Below, piece after piece: positions 52,743-64,000 of a stretch of 64,000 nucleotides of DNA. The stretch spans positions 310,001-374,000 of the forward strand of contig OZ024740.1 of NCBI GenBank assembly GCA_964016885.1, read 5' to 3'. Numbering within the stretch: the stretch's first letter is position 1; each line of letters starts with the position of its first letter. The notes below the pieces were generated by a model. That model saw nothing but the letters and a program-made list of their open reading frames with translations. It was not told where the DNA came from and searched no databases. The position numbers and the translations under genes are program-made. This stretch comes from Eledone cirrhosa. Taxonomy: Eukaryota.

Positions 52743-53520
52743 AATAATAAAACACACACACTATGCATACACAAACATACATACACACACACACACACAT
52801 GCATATCATATCATATATATGTAATATAAACACTAGATGAATAGGATGTTATTCAGAGATCTCAAACCAACTTATAGCTTCAATGTAAACTACACACAGA
52901 CTGTCAAAGACATCTGGATCAAAGTATGGCTGTTCTTGGATTCTTGGAGAAAGAAGATAGCTCCAGAATTGATATGCTACAGATGATCCCAATATTGGGG
53001 ACAATAGAAGTTGGCAGAAACTTTTTTTGAATTTAAAAGGATGAATGGTTGCTTAAAGTATAATGAAAATAATTCCTTCTTTATATTGTCTTAGTTTATT
53101 TTGAGTGACTAAAAACATCAGAATGAGAAAAGACAGAAATATACATGTGAAAGAGAGAGAGAGGTGTTAGAGAGGGGGAGGGAGAGAGGTGATAGAGAGA
53201 GGGGGGGAAGACAGATAGAGAGAGATAGCAGGTGAGAAGCCAACTGTTTAAGTTAAAAGCTCCTTGTTCCTCCTCACCATCGCTACATAACCAATGGCTT
53301 GAAACATCTGAATATTCATTGAGTTCCATTACAATTCTATTTATATTTAACCATCCTCAAATTTATTAATTTATCTTTCAGCTAAGAATAATGTCCAAAA
53401 GAATTACTTTCCATATTTCATGTGAAAGAAGGTCATAAGAAGCTAAATGGTACTGACCAAATGAGGTTTATTTTTCAACATAGTCCTGGAAAAGAAACAA
53501 TGCAGTTATTAATAAGAAGT

Positions 53521-56500
53521 CATCATCATCACCGTTTTACGTCCGTTCTTCCACGCTAGCATGGGTTAGACGGGTTGTCCTGTTGTGGGCAGTGTCTGGT
53601 CGGCTGACCATGCCTTGCTCATACAGGAACTGATCTGGCTTGATTTCTACAGCTGGATGCCCTTCCTAACACCAACCTCATTTACAGTGAGTGCTGGGTG
53701 CTTTTTCGTGGCGCCTACACGTCCACTTTACAGTGTGGGCTGGGTGCTTTTTTGCCATGGCACCTCCACGACCACCTTGCGGTGGGGGGAGTGGGGGCAT
53801 ATTGTTTATATGCTTCAGCATGTACCCATGGGAGGTCGGGTACCCTGTATTACTGCGTGACGCCAGAAGTCACGGTCGTGTGTCATTGACTTTGAGAGGT
53901 GTAGTTGGGTAAGGTCGGCTTTTATCACCTCATCCCAAGTCATCTTGGGTCTCCCCACTCCGCGGTTTCCATCAACTTCTAGTGCTCTGCACCTTTTTAT
54001 GCAGCTGTCATCCTTCATACGCATCACATGTCCATACCAGCGTAACCGCCTCTCCTGCACGCAGCATTTGATTCCTCTTATGCTCAGTCTCTCTCTCAAT
54101 ACCTTTATGCTTTGTCGTTCACGTATATTACTGTTACACATCCATCGGAGCATGCAGGCTTCGTTTCTCTCTAATCTACGTAAGTCTTCCACCTTCAGCG
54201 CCCAGGTCTCACTACCATGCAACATCGCTGTTCGGATACACGCATCATACAGTCTGCCTTTCATTCTGAGGGAGAAGCCTTTTGCAGCTAGCAGTGGTAG
54301 TAGTTCCCTAAACTTCTTCCATCCCGTTCTTACCCTAGTTATTGTACTTTCTGAGCACCCACCTCTGCTGCTAATTCGGTCACCTAGGTAGCAGAAGCTG
54401 TCTACTGTTTCTACAGGGCCCTCCCAGAGATTGGTGGTACTTGTTTCCTGTGGCTGTTTGCTTGCTGTTTCAGCACAGCTGCTGCATGTGAATCCTACAT
54501 TCTTAATTAAGCTTCCTGAGATCCCGCTACATCTCTTGTGTACCCATTGTTTGCATTTGGGGCAGAGAATGGAGTTCCTACCTACACCTTTCCTACATAC
54601 TGAGCAAGGCCATTTCCCTGAGGGGATCTGGGTTCTGTTTTCTCGTCTACTTATAAGGACCTTAGTCTTTGTCATGTTGACTTTGAGGCCCTTTCTCTCT
54701 AGTCCCTGCTTCCAGGTTTGGAATTTATTCTCTAGTTCTACCATAGATTCAGCTATGAGTGCGAGGTCATCAGCATACAGGAGTTCCCATGGGCATCCGG
54801 TCTTAAACTCCTCCGTTATTGCCTGCAGGACTATGATGAACAGGAGAGGGCTAAGAACAGAGCCCTGGTGGACCCCAACCTGTACGCTAAATTCCTCGCT
54901 ATACTCATTGCCAATCCTAACTTTGCTGACTGCTCCCCTATACATGGCTTGTACCGCTTTCACAAGCCATTCATCTACTCCTAGTTTTCTAAGAGCCCAC
55001 CAGATTACTGCACGTGGAACTCTGTCAAAGGCTTTCTCAAGGTCGATAAATGCCAAGTAGAGTGGCTTACTTTTAGCTAGGTACTTTTCCTGTAATTGCC
55101 TCACAAGGAAGAGGGCATCAGTGGTGCCTTTCCCTGGTACAAACCCAAATTGCATCTCGTCTATATTCACCCGGTCCCTAATCAGCTGTGCTATAACTCT
55201 TTCTGTTACTTTCATGACCTGGTCCATCAACTTTATACCTCTATAGTTTCCTCTATCTAGTGCATCGCCTTTACCTTTGTAGCAGTTGACAATGATGCTA
55301 CTGCACCAATCTTTTGGTATGGCCCCTTCTAGTATTACCTGGTTAACGATACGTGTGGTTATAGTGTGACCTACAGACCCAGATGCCTTCAGCATCTTGG
55401 CAGCTATACCCGATGGACCGGTTGCCTTCCCTATCTTCATATCTCTGATTGCCTTACTTACTACGCTGCCGCTGACTTGTACTGCTGGTCCCTCTATAGG
55501 GTCTACGTGGGGTAGGGTCTCTTCTTCCCATGCATTCTCCTCATTTAGTAATCTATCATAATGACTCTTCCATGCATCTTTCTTCTCAGCACTTGTGAGG
55601 GCAAGCTCACCTTTATCATTCCGGATACACTTCTCTCCAATGACATCACAACTATCTCTGACACACTGCCTCGCAATCTTGAATACCTCCTGTTTCTGGT
55701 CCTCACGTTGTAAAACATGCTTGAATTTTCTATCCTCTGCTTCCCTCCTAGCTAAGTATACTTGTTGCCTAGCTTCCCTCTTGGTCTCTATGTAATGTAC
55801 CCTGCTCCCCCCGTTCTTCCATTCTTTCCATGCCTGTCTCTTGGCCTTGACTGCTTCATCTACCTTATTGTTCCACCACCAAGTCACTCTCCTCCTGCTT
55901 GAGGTCTTACTCCAGCCACAAACCTCATCCGTCGCCTCTAGTAAGTTATTTTTTAGGAACTCCCAGTTCTCTTCTACGTTAAATGTCTCTATCTGTTCTT
56001 CTTTACTGTCGTAGGCGTTGAGTAAAATATCTTTAAATCTGTTACTGGTTGAGGGGACTTTCAGCTTCCAGATCTTTCTTCTCCAGGTTGGCCTCTGTTT
56101 CCGGGTTCATCTAGTTCTGACCGTGAGGTCGCTGACAACTAAGCTATGTTGGGATGTACATTCCTCACTAGGGAAGGCTTTTGTGTTTACGACCGTCCAT
56201 CTGTCACGTCCTCTGATGAGGATAAAATCTAACTGACTAGAGTGCTCCCCTGATCTATAGGTGATCAGGTGGTTGTCGGGTTTTTTAAAGTTTGTGTTAC
56301 ATATCGACATGTCATTGGCGTCGCAGAATTCTAGAAGTCTGAATCCTTCCTCATTCCTTGTGCCAACTCCATGGCCTCCATGTACTCTATTGAAGCCGTC
56401 GCAGTGTTTACCTACATGTCCGTTAAAATCTCCTGCAATGATTAGGAAGTCCTTGTCGTCTGTTAGAGCTCGTAAAACCTATCCTTAAGTTCGTCTGGCA

Positions 56501-57301
56501 GCCCCGATTGGGGTGCATAAGCTGATATTATTGTGGTTGTCTTATTCAGGACTAGTCTGAGTTTAATGATTCTTGCATTTACCCTGTACACTGAGATTAC
56601 TTTATCTACCCACTTGTCAACTAATAGTATACCTACACCACCCATCCCATCGTCATTTCCCACCCAGAAAAATTTGTAGCACTGGCTTTTTGCTACAAGG
56701 ACTCTAGCAGACCCTCCTCTCCATCTAGTCTCTTGCACACAGCATACATCAACTTCCTTTCGCTCTAGCATTTCTACGATTTCTCCTGCTCTTCCTTTCA
56801 TTGAGCCTACATTGATGGTACCAACTCGGAGTTTTGGGCATTTGTCGACACTCGTAGGGGAGGGTCTCTGGGTTGGCGCTTCACGTGAGTGCTTGGTAGC
56901 TCGCAGATTCATATTTCATCTATTGATTCAGAGTTGCTCAAATGTATTCTCAGCTCATCCATCCATAACGGTGGGAAAATTGAGGGCTAGAAGAACAGTG
57001 GTGGTGGGGTAATGGCAGGGTGTGTTGGGATGCGCCAGAGGAGGAGAGAGTTAGTTAGGCAGGTAGTACCAGTGGAAATGGCATGCTAGGTTTGATTGGT
57101 CGAATAGACTATGGTGGTGTGTGGGGTGGGGGGAGGGAACTTGTGAGGTAGGAAGTGAGGGTCGCATGGTAAATAACAGGAAGTGAGGGTCGCATGGTAA
57201 ATAACTGAGAGAGATACAATAGAATTAGAATACCGCATGGTAAATATCCAAGTTAATACTACATCAGTAAAATTAACAACAATAACGTCATGAAAAACTA
57301 C
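53521..57301 (-). mobile_element. Near full-length RTE family A LINE (APE-RT-PHD; frameshift near 56463, TGA at 56107)
   Basis: ORFs 56463-56912, 56107-56310 and 53815-55887; 8-bp TSD taagaagt (53513-53520, 57302-57309); inserted in a mariner MITE whose empty site is seen at ~49735-49750. Confidence 0.95.
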
Positions 57302-57607
57302 TAAGAAGTGTTGAAATTAATGTATGCAAGATTTCACAGCTCTAGCATCAATCCTTCAGTTAGCCTATTAACTTTTCAGGCAACCCTTGTATATATCTAC
57401 CATATGCATGTAATGTTTCTGTTATTTAACCCTAGGCCAGCCTTCAGTGAGCAGATCAAATACATTGTAGGCATAATTACTTTATTTGTATATCAGGGTT
57501 TCTACTTTCTTCACTTTATTTGTATTACACTATTCCATAAAGTAACAATTATAACTGTGGCTTTGTGGTCATGTTAAATATATATGTGATGTGGTAAATA
57601 CTTAGAT

Positions 57608-57810
57608 ATCTACAGGACTAAAACTGTTTAATTCAAAAGAAACCAGGAAAGCTTTGCTGATGATTTCTTTTGAATGAAACAGTTCTAGTCCTGTAGTACT
57701 ACTCCTATATAAAATTTGATATTTACATTCTATTAATGTATTGAGTACCTTACTCTCTGTTCATGAAGGTACCTGGAAAAACCCCATATCTCGGGAACCC
57801 GTCTTCCAAT
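57608..57810. mobile_element. Older head-to-head Penelope-type ends with a hammerhead core at 57657-57695 (+); a degenerate relative lies at 38306-38345
   Basis: CTGATGA-tttcttttgaat-GAAA-cagttctagtcctg-TA; inverted partial copy at 57608-57646; gtattgagtacctta motif. Confidence 0.65.
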
Positions 57811-58336
57811 TTACGCGAAACTTGTTTTATTCCATTTGTATTCCCATTTCAGGGTCAACTTCCTTTCAAAGTATTTTCCCATTATGCTCCCTTTTGGCTG
57901 TATTACATTACAGACAAGCAAGCAAGCAATCAGAGAGTTTTAGTATTATATAGATAGATAGATAGATGCCACTTGTGTTATGTTGTTTACCAATAGGTAG
58001 AACTAGTGATTCTGGTTAGTAAACGATGATGTAATAAAATTAAAGCACTCAACATTATGCAAACCATCCATGGTAGATGGATGCTGTAGGGACAGAGTTA
58101 AATAGTCATTAAAAACAAAAGAACGTAAGATTGGAAACTGTCTTTAAAATTTTAATTTCACAGAATTAAAATTTCAAAGAAAATTTCCAATCTGACTTTT
58201 CGTTGATTTTAATGAATATATACAAGGTGTCCCCAAAAATGTATACACACTTTGATTACCTGTACAGGTAATATTTATTAGAATACACAGCCTTTCCCCA
58301 AAATAAAATGATCTACAGACATATTTCAATTGTATG

Positions 58337-59253
58337 TCTATCTATCTATCTAAGGCGGGTAAAATTCCCGAGATCCATGGACGAGTTCTCTCCAGCGGTC
58401 TCTGTCCCTCATTATCGCTGCCATGTCCTACGTCTCCAACAGACCAGTGTCTGTCCTTAGGGCATCAACATACGTTAACCTTGGTCTTCCTCTTCTAGTG
58501 TGTCCATGTAGGGGCTCCCAAAGGAGCACTGAGTGCAATGTCAACTCTGGATGTCGGTGAGCATGTCCAGCTAACCTCAGTCTCCTCTGTGTCACTTTTG
58601 AGCTGACTTTTAGGATGCTCCCATACAGCTCTGAGTTTTTCATCCTCAGTGTATACTGATTAATGTTCAGAGCCATCCTCAGCATTCTCGTGTAGCACCC
58701 ATCCACCATCTGAGTGAGTTTCTTGGTCACTGTCCAAGTCTCAGACCCATACAGCAGCACAGACTCCACTACAGCAATGAAGAGGCGGATTTTCAGGTAT
58801 CTACGAAGGTCCGACTTCCACACCGATCTCAAGCTGTGGCACACCGCCCAGGCCTTGCTCTTCCTCTCAATGACATCATCTTCCGTATTCCCAATCTTTG
58901 CTCCCAAATACAGGAAGCCCTCAACCAATTCTAGCGGATTCCCGCCTACATTAGTGATCCCCTCTGGCTTCTCAACATTCTCTACCAGATATTTTGTTTT
59001 AGTCTCATTCATTCTCAGCCCCACACTCATCGACACAGTCTCAACCTCCCGCATCAAATCCTCTGCCTCCTTCACTGTATTTGTCACCAAAACTATGTCG
59101 TCGGCAAATTCAGCATCCGATACCTTTTTCGCCCTAACTCTCCTGCTCTGAGCCGGTGATACAGTAAAGCCAGAGTCCTGGTGTTTCTCCAGTGCAAGGC
59201 GCATACAATGGTCCACTACGATGATAAAAAGGTAGGGAGCCAATGTATCTCCC
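58337..59253 (-). mobile_element. RTE family C, 5'-truncated
   Basis: GDTLAPYLFII, EFADD, VESVLLYGSETW, RRLRLAGH, GRPRLTY; (TAGA)n tail. Confidence 0.9.
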
Positions 59254-59520
59254 AAAAGTCAGCTCAAAAGTGACACATAGGAGACTGAGGTTGGCTGGAC
59301 ATGCTCGCCGACACCCAGAGTTGACATTGCACTCAGAGCTCCTTTGGGAGCCCCTACATGGAGACACTAGAAGAGGAAAAACAAGGTTAACATATGTTGA
59401 TGCCCTAAGGACAGACACTGGTCTGTTGGAGATGCAGGATATGGCAGCGATAATGAGGGACAGAGACCGCTGGAGAGAACTCGTCCATGGATCTCGGGAA
59501 CTTTACCCGCATTAGATAGA
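59250..59520 (+). mobile_element. RTE family C 3' end, second copy, fused head-to-head
   Basis: KVSSKVTHRRLRLAGH..ELYPH; tagataga tail; differs from the minus copy at multiple sites. Confidence 0.9.
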
Positions 59521-63914
<4,394 letters not shown>

Positions 63915-64000
63915 CCTACCTCACAAGTTCCCTCCCCCCATCTCCACACACCACCATAGTCTATTCGACCAATCAAACCTAGCATGCCATTTCCACTGGT
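63915..64000 (+). mobile_element. Start (5' UTR) of another RTE family A copy running off the window
   Basis: Reverse complement of ~57067-57153. Confidence 0.85.

Overview
Repeat-saturated, AT-rich animal genomic DNA. The SINE/RTE families and huge (TA)n tracts suggest a cephalopod such as Octopus (inference). No host gene can be called with confidence. The window is a nest of retroelements, most of them inserted in (TA)n: two CR1-type LINEs, three RTE-clade families (A, B, C; A and B carry a PHD finger right after the RT), and an intact Naiad-type Penelope-like element (RT + GIY-YIG) with hammerhead ribozymes in its pseudo-LTRs and a 4.9-kb inverted partner copy. There are also short Penelope-type ends with hammerheads, two tRNA-derived SINE families, a non-autonomous Helitron, small DNA-transposon MITEs and a 200-N gap. 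The most striking unexplained pattern is repeated head-to-head pairs of retroelement copies. Each copy keeps its own 3' end pointing outward, and the two are fused at a short microhomology or a hairpin; one pair joins two different RTE families. All coordinates and folds were read by eye.
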